NCBI GenBank assembly: GCA_051439425.1
Contig: JBFRWD010000169.1
Span: 1-22,661, forward strand
Source: Synechococcus sp.
GTDB taxonomy: Bacteria; Cyanobacteriota; Cyanobacteriia; Thermostichales; PCC-7336
Direction: 5' to 3'
DNA length: 22,661 nt
The notes under the pieces were generated by a model. It was not told the DNA's origin. It searched no databases and saw only the letters and a list, made by a program, of their open reading frames with translations. Shown here one piece after another: positions 10,765 through 19,579 of this stretch. The stretch's first letter is position 1; each line of letters begins with the position of its first letter. A program made the translations under genes and the position numbers.

Positions 10765-11649
10765 TCATGCCGCCGATCGCTCGACAAAATCCAACCCCAC
10801 ATCCAACCAGGTTGCCTGCATGATCGGAGCACTGGTGGACATGAAATCCACTCCCAACTCGGCGATCGAGCGCAATCGGTCGCGGGTGATATTCCCCGAG
10901 GCTTCTGTTTGGGCACGTCCATCAATTAATGTCAGTGCTTCGGTCATCATCTCCACAGGCATGTTGTCTAACATGATGATGTCAGCCCCAGCCGCGACTG
11001 CCTCTTCTACCTGCAATAACGTTTCTGTCTCGACTTCAATCGGCATGGGATAGGGGGATCGGTCACGAATCGCGGCAACAGCCGCAGCAATAGAGCCCGC
11101 AGCCAAAATGTGGTTGTCCTTAATCATGGCCGCATCATCCAGCCCGTAGCGGTGGTTGCGCCCACCCCCGACAGCAAAGGCGTATTTTTCAAGGTCTCGC
11201 AGGCCAGGTCGAGTTTTACGCGTATCCACCAACTGAGTCGGGAGATCGACGATCGCGTCGGCATATTGTTTCGTTAATGTGGCAATTCCGCTGAGATGCC
11301 CCAGTTGATTCAACACCACCCGCTCCCCCATCAGTAGCACTGCCGCTGGGGCTGAGATCGTCAGTAATGTGGTTGTTGCCGAACAGGTTGCCCCTTCCTC
11401 GACCATCAGCTCGATCGTTGGGTTGGTTGCGCCATACAACGAAGCAACCCTCTCCCAAATAGAACGAGCTAAGGGGAGACCGGCAACAGTCCCCAATCGC
11501 TTCAAAACAACGCGAGCTGTCCAGATGGGAGATTGAGCCGGATCGGGGAAGAGCCCTAACGATGTGCGATCGCCTCTGCCCCAATCCTCGCAGAGCCAGG
11601 ACTGAATTTGAGGATTGAGAATTGTTGGCGGAGGTAACGGGATCGGCAT
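10765..11649 (-). CDS. nadC: Nicotinate-nucleotide diphosphorylase (carboxylating), quinolinate phosphoribosyltransferase
   Basis: ED.GRGDRTS, DTRKTRPGLR, NHRYGLDD..MIKDNH, IIMLDNM and EASGNI. Confidence 0.96.
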   Translation of the reverse strand: MPIPLPPPTILNPQIQSWLCEDWGRGDRTSLGLFPDPAQSPIWTARVVLKRLGTVAGLPLARSIWERVASLYGATNPTIELMVEEGATCSATTTLLTISAPAAVLLMGERVVLNQLGHLSGIATLTKQYADAIVDLPTQLVDTRKTRPGLRDLEKYAFAVGGGRNHRYGLDDAAMIKDNHILAAGSIAAAVAAIRDRSPYPMPIEVETETLLQVEEAVAAGADIIMLDNMPVEMMTEALTLIDGRAQTEASGNITRDRLRSIAELGVDFMSTSAPIMQATWLDVGLDFVERSAA

Positions 11650-11748
11650 GGAGCAACAGCAGCTAGACATTCGGTCAATCGGTATCGCATTCGAACGCGA
11701 GCCAGCCGCGACATCTCAAATGCTTCCCAATTTTGAGGGGGGCTGCAG

Positions 11749-12975
11749 TCAATTGCAACGCTTCCCATCCTGCAATGGCTGCTCGATCCACACCGACACC
11801 GATCGGCCAGCACAACCGAACTCTCCCCATCCCCATTCATCGGTCACCACTGGCTCCTTGGTGCGCCCCAACACATCTCGAAACATCGTATTGGCCCGAC
11901 ACACCTGCATCCATTTGCTCGCAGCACGATCGTTGCTCATCAATACAGCGATCGCCGACGGATGTGTCTCATCCCCCAATCGCGTCCAACCTATGACATT
12001 CGGGTCGTCAAAGTAATCTCGCTGCCCTCCGTAGGCGTGATGAGTGCGCACGGTCATGAGGCGATCGATTGCCCATTGGTGAGAATCCAACACAATCGAA
12101 TACGTCTGCCCATCCCCGCCAACACCGTCGTAGTCCGCCCCGTAGTAATCACCGTAAAACACGCTGGGATAGCCGTCTTTCCTCAGCAAAATCAGGGCAT
12201 AGGCCAACGGCTTGAACCAAGATTCCACCACGGAATCGTAAATTTCGAGGGGCTGGCTGTGCTGGTTGTCGACAAAAGTCACGGCCAACTCGGGGCATCG
12301 CTGTACGAGTGAACCATTCAGAATGCGGCGCAAGTCGTACTGTCGCCCTGCTTGGCTAGCATTATGAAAGTTGTAGTGCAGGGGCACATCCATCAAACAG
12401 AATCGATGCTCCACTTCTTGCAAAAACCATTGCAGCGGCCCCGCATCCCCCAACCAGTATTCTCCAAAGTTAAATAAGGCCATTTCGGCCGATCTCGTCT
12501 CAGGTACTTCCGGTCGATCGCGAGCTAGCGATCGTAGCCAATCATTGATGGTGTCGAACGGTAGGTCAATCGCCGCGTCTAAGCGAAACCCATTCACCCC
12601 CGTCACATCTAAAAACCAGCGGCTCCAATCCTGTAGCTGCCCTCGCAAGATTCCGGCTTCGCCGTGAAACACAATGTCGGCGTATACCTGCACCCCCTGA
12701 GCCTGCAGCCCATCGACGATCGCCGCCAACTTCCCTCCGGTTGAATACTGCAGCAGCGACCCGCTCGAACCAAACGGATCTGCATCTGCTCCCACCCATA
12801 CATCCGACAACAGCTCATCCAGTCCGTCTTGCTGGCTAATGCTATACGCAGCGGGCAACCATACTGCAGTGAATCCAGTCTGGGCGATCGCTGGAATCCG
12901 GGTACCTAATTCGTTCCACAGGTGACTGTCAATAGGCAGAAAGTTATGGAAGTACTGCAGGATGGTGCCGTTCAT
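11749..12975 (-). CDS. GH13 alpha-amylase homologue (GH13_5-like), probably catalytically impaired
   Basis: NGTILQYF, AVWLP, GFRLDA, GEYW, WFKPLAYALILLR.DGYP and QRDYFD.PNVIGWTR. Domain B is absent and the NHD motif reads NQH. Confidence 0.88.
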   Translation of the reverse strand: MNGTILQYFHNFLPIDSHLWNELGTRIPAIAQTGFTAVWLPAAYSISQQDGLDELLSDVWVGADADPFGSSGSLLQYSTGGKLAAIVDGLQAQGVQVYADIVFHGEAGILRGQLQDWSRWFLDVTGVNGFRLDAAIDLPFDTINDWLRSLARDRPEVPETRSAEMALFNFGEYWLGDAGPLQWFLQEVEHRFCLMDVPLHYNFHNASQAGRQYDLRRILNGSLVQRCPELAVTFVDNQHSQPLEIYDSVVESWFKPLAYALILLRKDGYPSVFYGDYYGADYDGVGGDGQTYSIVLDSHQWAIDRLMTVRTHHAYGGQRDYFDDPNVIGWTRLGDETHPSAIAVLMSNDRAASKWMQVCRANTMFRDVLGRTKEPVVTDEWGWGEFGCAGRSVSVWIEQPLQDGKRCN

Positions 12976-13111
12976 TGAAGTTATGCGAAAGAACGTGGTG
13001 GGATAAGCGTTGGGCTGTGGAGATGTGCAGTTGTTGTTGAGTAGGAGGGAGAGGCTTGGGGTCGATCTAGTGGGACTTAAGGGTGTGGGCTTGGGGGTGG
13101 CAATTTAGACG

Positions 13112-13141
13112 GGTCACTGGTCACTGGTCATTGGTCATTGG
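13112..13141. repeat. STRR2-like heptamer tandem repeat (GGTCAYT x4)
   Basis: GGTCACT GGTCACT GGTCATT GGTCATT GG. Confidence 0.8.
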
Positions 13142-13194
13142 CGGGGGAAAGAGGGAGTGGGAGGCCGTGAAGTTTTGTTAACGAAAAGCCCTTC

Positions 13195-13229
13195 CTGACA
13201 TAACGCTGTCAGTAGTCCCTCCCTATACT
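13195..13229 (+). promoter_or_regulatory. Putative WYL-regulator operator plus -10 box
   Basis: Palindrome CTGACA-TAACGC-TGTCAG (13195-13212), followed 11 nt later by TATACT (13224-13229). Confidence 0.7.
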
Positions 13230-13297
13230 TCCAACCAACAGCGCTGTTTGCATCAGTCCAGCAATATTCGTCCCCCGAGCGGACAAGAGTGGTTTAG

Positions 13298-13717
13298 ATG
13301 AACGTTAAGAGCATTACTCCTATTATCTCTACCCCCAAACTTGGCGAGGTCAAGGCCTTTTATACCCAACACCTGAAGTTCAAAGTAGTCTATGACGGCG
13401 AGTGGTATTTGAGCATGCAGGCCCTGGAAAACAAAGAGATCGCCATTGATTTCATGCGACCAAATGTCAAAGAAATTGCAGAGCCTGTTTTCCACACGAC
13501 ATATGACGGTAAAGGGGCATTTATCGCACTGGAGGTGGAGGATGTGGATAAGGAATGGCAACGTCTGAAGCTTGCCGGTGTACCGTTGGAATCCGAGCCC
13601 AGGGATGAACCGTGGGGGCAGCGTCATTTTGCTCTTGTGGATCCGTGTGGGCTGGCCATTGACATTTTTAAGTGGATTCCGGCGACAAAAGAATATGCCA
13701 AAGACTGCGTTGCTTAA
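13298..13717 (+). CDS. VOC (glyoxalase/bleomycin-resistance) family protein
   Basis: AFY...L.F, EVEDVD, and DEPWGQRHF.LVDP.G motifs. Confidence 0.92.
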   Translation: MNVKSITPIISTPKLGEVKAFYTQHLKFKVVYDGEWYLSMQALENKEIAIDFMRPNVKEIAEPVFHTTYDGKGAFIALEVEDVDKEWQRLKLAGVPLESEPRDEPWGQRHFALVDPCGLAIDIFKWIPATKEYAKDCVA

Positions 13718-13912
13718 AGGTCATTTCTAGGTAGTCAACGGGGAGTGAGTCTTGCATCCCGTTGAAGCGATCGCTCCCATTGGAGTTGTGCCAACGAGCG
13801 ATCGCCGACACGCTTATTGGGTATCTCCCCATTCGTTATCCGCCCAGTTGGACGCTGGCTGGAGGTATACCTCCTCAGTAATCCCGTTCCTGCACCGCGT
13901 TAACCAAACTCT

Positions 13913-14590
13913 ATGCGCCGCGCCGATCGCCTGCTCCAAATCCTACTAATTCTGCGAGCCCAGTCTGTGGTGACGGCGCGACAATTGGCCAGCCGCCTAG
14001 AAGTGTCGGAACGAACGATTTATCGAGATATTCAAGAGCTGATCTTTTCCGGTATCCCCATCGAAGCGGAGGCGGGCACCGGCTATTGTCTGGCAGATAG
14101 CTTTGACTTGCCCCCCATTATGTTCACGACAGAGGAACTCAGGGCGCTGGTATTGGGAGTACGCACTGTCCAAAGTTGGGGCGATCGCGATTTGGCTGAC
14201 GCCGCATCTGTGGTGTTGGACAAAGTCAACGCTATCTTGCCGGAGCGATTGCAGGAGGATTTCGAGTCAATTCCTCTATTTGTCCCTGCGTTTCACGTCT
14301 CCAAGACGGTGAAAGATGTCCTAGCAATTCTGCGCAAAGGAACCACCAACCATCAGAAAGTACAGTTCAACTATCAGAGGGCTGACGGTCAGAAATCCAG
14401 CCGCACCGTGCAACCCCTCGGGCTCTTCTATTGGGGCGCGACCTGGAGTTTGGGCAGTTGGTGCGAGCTGCGCCAAGACTTTCGAAATTTCCGCTTAGAC
14501 AGAATGATGCATGTAAAGTTGCTTGACGACTCCTTTGATTCGCTTCCGGGGCGATCGCTGCATGACTATATGAATGCGATGTGCGATTAA
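13913..14590 (+). CDS. YafY-family HTH-WYL transcriptional regulator
   Basis: MRRADRL, HTH_11 LEVSERTIYRDI, and WYL domain R.VQPLGL...W.L..WCELRQDFRNFRLDR. Short form with no long C-terminal extension. Confidence 0.95.
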   Translation: MRRADRLLQILLILRAQSVVTARQLASRLEVSERTIYRDIQELIFSGIPIEAEAGTGYCLADSFDLPPIMFTTEELRALVLGVRTVQSWGDRDLADAASVVLDKVNAILPERLQEDFESIPLFVPAFHVSKTVKDVLAILRKGTTNHQKVQFNYQRADGQKSSRTVQPLGLFYWGATWSLGSWCELRQDFRNFRLDRMMHVKLLDDSFDSLPGRSLHDYMNAMCD

Positions 14591-14785
14591 TTCATCACTA
14601 TCAAGCAATAACTGACCACCTCTCAGAGCCCGAACTGTCTATCTTGTGGCTAACTATCTTGAAACCATTCATCAACAACATTCTGCAAGTCGTCCCCTCC
14701 CCTGAAGTCAACTGCGCGTAGGGTGTCCAACTACTACAATCGCGGGTAATCATCAGACAGAGACTCATTGCTTGAGGTACCGGGC

Positions 14786-15214
14786 GTGACGCAACGCGAG
14801 TACGAGTTCGATACCATCGAAAACCAAATTATTCGTCGGCTGTCGCTGGCCATGCGCTGCCTCAGCATTGTCCTAGTTATCTTAGGATTCGTGATTTTTG
14901 CTAGTGGAACGCTCGCCGCTTGGAACTACCGCGCAACAGCGACATTTCTTCTCAGTAGTTTGCAAGCCGCCGTCCTGATTCTATTTGGTACGTGGACGGG
15001 GGGAGCCTCTCAATCATTCAAGCTGATTGTAGAGACCGAAGGGCACGATATCGCCAACTTGATGGCAGCACTCAAGGATCTGAGCAAACTGTTTTTCCTG
15101 CAATTCGGATTGGTTGTCCTGGCGATCGCGCTATTGATCGGAGTGAGCACCTCCCAATTTTGGGGCACCTCTCAACTAACCCCTCCCCCGCCCAACCAAA
15201 TCCAGGTAGAGTAA
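14786..15214 (+). CDS. Hypothetical membrane protein (3 TM segments)
   Basis: GTG start after GAGG; YEF...EN..I N-terminus and three hydrophobic segments. Confidence 0.75.
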   Translation: MTQREYEFDTIENQIIRRLSLAMRCLSIVLVILGFVIFASGTLAAWNYRATATFLLSSLQAAVLILFGTWTGGASQSFKLIVETEGHDIANLMAALKDLSKLFFLQFGLVVLAIALLIGVSTSQFWGTSQLTPPPPNQIQVE

Positions 15215-15257
15215 TGTCCTGTTGGGATGAATGTCCAGTAGACATTAAGGGAGCAGT

Positions 15258-16541
15258 GTGATCGTGCATGTGTTGGTAGTGGGCTCGGGCGGGCGCGAAC
15301 ACGCATTGGTTTGGAAGCTATCGCAATCAACCATTGTCTCGAGAATCACCTGTGCCCCCGGAAACGTTGGCCTAGCGCAGGTTGAAAAATGCACGACTCT
15401 TCCCCTCTCCGTCACAGATTTTGACGGCCTGATTGAGTTTGCTCGCAATCATGATGTTGAACTAGCGGTCATCGGCCCCGAAGTGCCGTTGGTAGCCGGA
15501 ATTGCCGATGCATTCAAGGCCGCAGGTATCAAGGTATTCGGTCCCACCCAAGACGGAGCGCTACTGGAAGGCAGCAAGTCTTGGTCAAAGCAGCTCATGG
15601 ATGATGCTGGCGTGCCGACAGCGAGGTCCCAAACGTTTACCGCTGCTGCAGATGCGATTGATTACCTGAACCAGCAATCTGCCCCCATTGTCGTTAAGGC
15701 CGATGGTCTGGCGGCCGGAAAAGGAGTAACAGTGGCCGGCACGATTCAAGAGGCGATCGATGCCGTTACCGATTTATTCTCCGGCACGTTGGGGGATGCA
15801 GGCAGCACCGTAGTGATCGAAGACTTTCTCGTCGGCCAAGAAGCATCCGTACTGGCATTTACAGACGGTCAAACCATTCTGCCAATGGTGGCCGCTCAAG
15901 ATCACAAACAAGTGGGAGAGGGAGATACCGGCCCCAACACTGGAGGAATGGGAGCCTACGCACCAACACCGATCGCCCCCCCAGAGGTAATGGAGCAAGT
16001 CCTAAAACAGGTGTTGGAACCGACCTTAAAGACGCTGTGCGATCGCGGCATCACCTACCAGGGCGTACTCTATGCTGGGTTGATGATTGCTCCGGACGGC
16101 CAGCCCTCGGTGGTGGAGTTCAATTGCCGCTTTGGCGATCCCGAAACTCAAGTGGTTCTTCCCTTACTCAAATCAGACTTGGCAACGGTGATGTTGGCCT
16201 GTGCTGAAGGCAAGCTACACGAGATTGACTTGGAATGGCATGACGGTTATGCCGCCTGCGTGGTCATGGCATCGGGTGGATATCCAGGTGCATACGAGAA
16301 AGGAAAGGTCATTAGTGGCTTAGAGTCTACAGAAAATACAGCAGTGGTATTCCATGCCGGAACGGCGGCTGCAGAGTCAGGAGACGTTGTCACCAATGGT
16401 GGCCGAGTGTTAGGAATCACTGGGCGGGGCAACAGCCTGCAAGAGGCTCTGGATTCCGCTTACCAGGCAATCTCTAGCATTCAGTTTGAAGGGGCCTACT
16501 ATCGCTCTGATATCGGATTTAGGGTAATGGGAAACGGCTAG
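15258..16541 (+). CDS. purD: Phosphoribosylamine--glycine ligase
   Basis: VVGSGGREHAL, KADGLAAGKGV, QDHK...GDTGPNTGGMGAY, EFNCRFGDPETQ and YRSDIG. Confidence 0.98.
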   Translation: MIVHVLVVGSGGREHALVWKLSQSTIVSRITCAPGNVGLAQVEKCTTLPLSVTDFDGLIEFARNHDVELAVIGPEVPLVAGIADAFKAAGIKVFGPTQDGALLEGSKSWSKQLMDDAGVPTARSQTFTAAADAIDYLNQQSAPIVVKADGLAAGKGVTVAGTIQEAIDAVTDLFSGTLGDAGSTVVIEDFLVGQEASVLAFTDGQTILPMVAAQDHKQVGEGDTGPNTGGMGAYAPTPIAPPEVMEQVLKQVLEPTLKTLCDRGITYQGVLYAGLMIAPDGQPSVVEFNCRFGDPETQVVLPLLKSDLATVMLACAEGKLHEIDLEWHDGYAACVVMASGGYPGAYEKGKVISGLESTENTAVVFHAGTAAAESGDVVTNGGRVLGITGRGNSLQEALDSAYQAISSIQFEGAYYRSDIGFRVMGNG

Positions 16542-16636
16542 CGTAGTCGGCTTGTCACAGCCAACAGAATATGAGGTAGGGGTCTTCACGTTACGCACCG
16601 ACAAATATCCCCACTAACAGTTCTCGACTCAACCCC

Positions 16637-17449
16637 CTACAAAATAAATTCCTCAATCGCAGCGGCAACCCCATCTTCATCGATGCTGGGAGCCTGCCAA
16701 CTAGAGCGAGCTTTCACGGGTAATTCTGCGTTCCCCATCGCCACCGCAATCCCCCCGTAGTCAAACATTTCTACATCGTTGTAGCTATCCCCCACCACCA
16801 TCACTTGCTCCGGTGCTAAGTCCAACAAGTCCTCAGCCATGTATTTGACAGCAATCCCCTTATTGATACCTGGATGGGTAGCCTCGAAGAACGTTGGCAG
16901 TGATTTGGTCAGATAGAGCTGATCCGGAGGAAACTGGGCTCGCATGCTATCCAGCAGCTCGTCAACCACCTGTGTATCCTGCGTCATGCCCAACACTTTG
17001 GTGGGGGGAGTCGTTTCTTGCCTATGTAGGTCTTCAATCAGGTGTAACTTGACCCGCGATCGCTCCGCATACCAATCACTGAGGGGGTTAGCAGCCTGAA
17101 TGTAGAGATTGTCCTCTACATAGACGTGGATAGCCTCCAGTGGAAATTTCGCTAGTGTATCCAGCAGCGTTTGAGCCATCTCGGACGGCAAATGGTAGTG
17201 GTGATATAGCTCATCTGTGCGAGGGTCTTTCAAAATCGCCCCCTGGTAAGCAGCCAGCGGCATATCGGAATCAATCGCCCGATGAAATCGCAATGCCGAT
17301 TGATACATGCGACCGGTGGCGATCGCCACCTTCACCCCTTTTGCCTTCGCTGCAGCAATAGCATCGACAACGACCGCAGACACCTCATTGGCATGACCAG
17401 CGATCGTGCCGTCAATATCCAACACCAGCAGACGAATATCCGAACTCAC
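16637..17449 (-). CDS. Cof-type HAD-IIB family hydrolase
   Basis: LDIDGT, ATGR, NKG, GDSYND and AMGNA. Confidence 0.93.
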   Translation of the reverse strand: MSSDIRLLVLDIDGTIAGHANEVSAVVVDAIAAAKAKGVKVAIATGRMYQSALRFHRAIDSDMPLAAYQGAILKDPRTDELYHHYHLPSEMAQTLLDTLAKFPLEAIHVYVEDNLYIQAANPLSDWYAERSRVKLHLIEDLHRQETTPPTKVLGMTQDTQVVDELLDSMRAQFPPDQLYLTKSLPTFFEATHPGINKGIAVKYMAEDLLDLAPEQVMVVGDSYNDVEMFDYGGIAVAMGNAELPVKARSSWQAPSIDEDGVAAAIEEFIL

Positions 17450-17490
17450 TAAATCTGTCCGTGCAAGTGCGACAACCGCTCCATGCTATA

Positions 17491-17580
17491 GCAATCCGCT
17501 GTAAGGTCTAGAGTATGGAGACAGTCCAAAGACTTAACCGACAAGGAGAAGTGAGTGGAGAGCTCTCCATAGCGGATTGC
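17491..17580. repeat. ~90-bp dispersed repeat with terminal inverted repeats, copy 3 (best preserved)
   Basis: Perfect 10-bp TIR GCAATCCGCT / AGCGGATTGC, preceded by TATA. Confidence 0.9.
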
Positions 17581-17724
17581 CTATCGCCATATAGCAGTGC
17601 CAATACGATTGCGGATACTCCTTCTACTTGTGAAGACAATCCAGCGATCGCAAAACAACCCAACATGCACCATGCACTGAGAAATAATCCGGCTACGATT
17701 GAGCACAGCGATTGATACTGGCCA

Positions 17725-18027
17725 ATGCATTTGTCCCCCCAGGAAAAAGATAAACTCTTGATTTATCTGGCAGCCCAGCTCGCTCGCGAGCGGCGAGAGC
17801 GGGGCGTCAAGCTCAACTATCCGGAAGCAGTGGCATTGCTGAGCTCTGCAGTTTTAGAGGGGGCCAGGGATGGCAAGTCCGTCGCAACGTTGATGAGCGA
17901 CGGCCTCAAGATCCTCTCGCAGGAGGATGTGATGCCGGGGGTGCCAGAAATGATTCCCGAGATCCAGGTAGAAGCAACATTTCCTGATGGTACAAAGCTG
18001 GTTACACTGCACCATCCCATCCGGTGA
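17725..18027 (+). CDS. ureA: Urease gamma subunit
   Basis: [22 protein letters not shown] and [13 protein letters not shown]; 100 aa. Confidence 0.98.
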   Translation: MHLSPQEKDKLLIYLAAQLARERRERGVKLNYPEAVALLSSAVLEGARDGKSVATLMSDGLKILSQEDVMPGVPEMIPEIQVEATFPDGTKLVTLHHPIR

Positions 18028-18437
18028 CGGACTCACCCCTTTCATTCCATCGATCGAGTCATCGATGGCGTTAGCCGGAGTGTCATCAAACGACGAATCC
18101 ATCACAGAAAGACTGAGAGAGAGTAAGTATCCACCACTCCTGTGCCGAAGAATATTAGCCCTGCCGGGCGGTCTCAGGTCGGTGGTAAATGTAGCGCCAT
18201 AAACACCATGTCCCGATTCCGGATAGAATGCGGGTTCGGATAGCTGCATGCATTTGTCGATGCAGTAAAACTTCACTAGCGTGGGGGATTTACGCTGCAT
18301 CTCAATAATTGACGGGCTTGAAGCGCCTGACATTGCCTCCCTCTACCGTGCCGTAGGAATGGTGAAGTCAGCGATCCCACTCGACATGAACGTGCAGCAA
18401 CGTTCGCTCTACTCAACCTGCATTAACCTCCAATTTA

Positions 18438-19397
18438 GTGACCTGGACTGCTCCCACATCACCCTCTCAGCTCGAACTGGCTGCCCAGCGAGGCGACTTC
18501 CTGCTAACCGCCGAAGTCGCTCCTCCGAAAGGCGGAGATCCAACCCACATGCTGAATCAAGCAGCGACACTCCGAGGTCGCGTCCATGCCGTAAACGTGA
18601 CTGACTCCAGTCGCGCGATGGCCCGTATGAGCCCCCTCGCTGCAGCCTTATTGCTAGAAACTATGGGTATCGAGTCGGTCATGCAGTTGGCTTGCCGCGA
18701 TCGCAACCGCATCGCCCTCCAGGGTGACTTAATGGGAGCAGCCGCACTCGGTATTCGCAACGTGTTGGCACTAACCGGGGATCCGGTGAAACTGGGTGAC
18801 TGTCAATCCGCTCGCCAGGTTTCCGATTTAGAAGCTGTTCGACTCCTCCGTCTCATCCGAAGTTTAAAGGGCGGAACTGATGCGAATGACAAAGTCCTAC
18901 CGGATGGACCGGTCAGACTGTTTGCCGGAGCTGCCGTCGATCCCCAATTGCCCAGCCTCAAAGCACTACAAAAACGATGCGATCGCAAAGTCGAGAACGG
19001 TGCAGAATTTTTTCAAAGCCAAATGATCACCGACTTCAATCGCCTAGAAGTCTTTATGGACAAAGTCGCGCGTCCAATTGGCAAACCCGTCCTAGCCGGG
19101 ATTTTTCTACTCAAGTCAGCGAAAAATGCCCAATTCATCAACAAATACATACCAGGCGTCAAAATTCCCGACAGCACGATCGAACGATTGGACTCTGCCA
19201 GCGATCCCTTGTTAGAGGGTGTTGATATAGCAGCCGAACAAGTCAAAATTGCCAGAGAGTTGTGCGACGGTGCTCATTTAATGGCAGTAAAAGCCGAACA
19301 TCTCATTCCCAAAATCCTCGATCGGGCCGAAATCCCTCCCCTGACTGAACACAAAGTATCCGCCCCCCTCACGTCCCCGACCCAACTGACGCGGTAG
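18438..19397 (+). CDS. metF: Methylenetetrahydrofolate reductase (cyanobacterial type)
   Basis: TAEVAPPKGGD, AVNVTD, CRDRNRIALQ, LALTGDP, GA.FFQSQ and GAHLMA. Confidence 0.92.
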   Translation: MTWTAPTSPSQLELAAQRGDFLLTAEVAPPKGGDPTHMLNQAATLRGRVHAVNVTDSSRAMARMSPLAAALLLETMGIESVMQLACRDRNRIALQGDLMGAAALGIRNVLALTGDPVKLGDCQSARQVSDLEAVRLLRLIRSLKGGTDANDKVLPDGPVRLFAGAAVDPQLPSLKALQKRCDRKVENGAEFFQSQMITDFNRLEVFMDKVARPIGKPVLAGIFLLKSAKNAQFINKYIPGVKIPDSTIERLDSASDPLLEGVDIAAEQVKIARELCDGAHLMAVKAEHLIPKILDRAEIPPLTEHKVSAPLTSPTQLTR

Positions 19398-19579
19398 GGT
19401 TCCCTAACTTTGTCCGTATATTTCCTACGGCAAACAGCGAACTTTACTCGTCAACCGTAATAACCACGAATTATTTTTTCTTAATCCCCTATCATAAATC
19501 TTTGTAAACCATTACTATCGGGCAAAGGATTCAAACCCGACTAGCCAACAAGCAATGTTACCCAGCAAGGGAGCGAGAT

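Noticed and set aside
5287..17580. The 90-bp repeats, or the 21-bp and 7-bp tandem repeats, as a CRISPR array
   Set aside because: There is no repeat-spacer periodicity and no cas gene.
17515..17715. 66-aa ORF upstream of ureA, and likewise 5334..5522
   Set aside because: These ORFs start inside the dispersed repeat and have no recognisable motifs.
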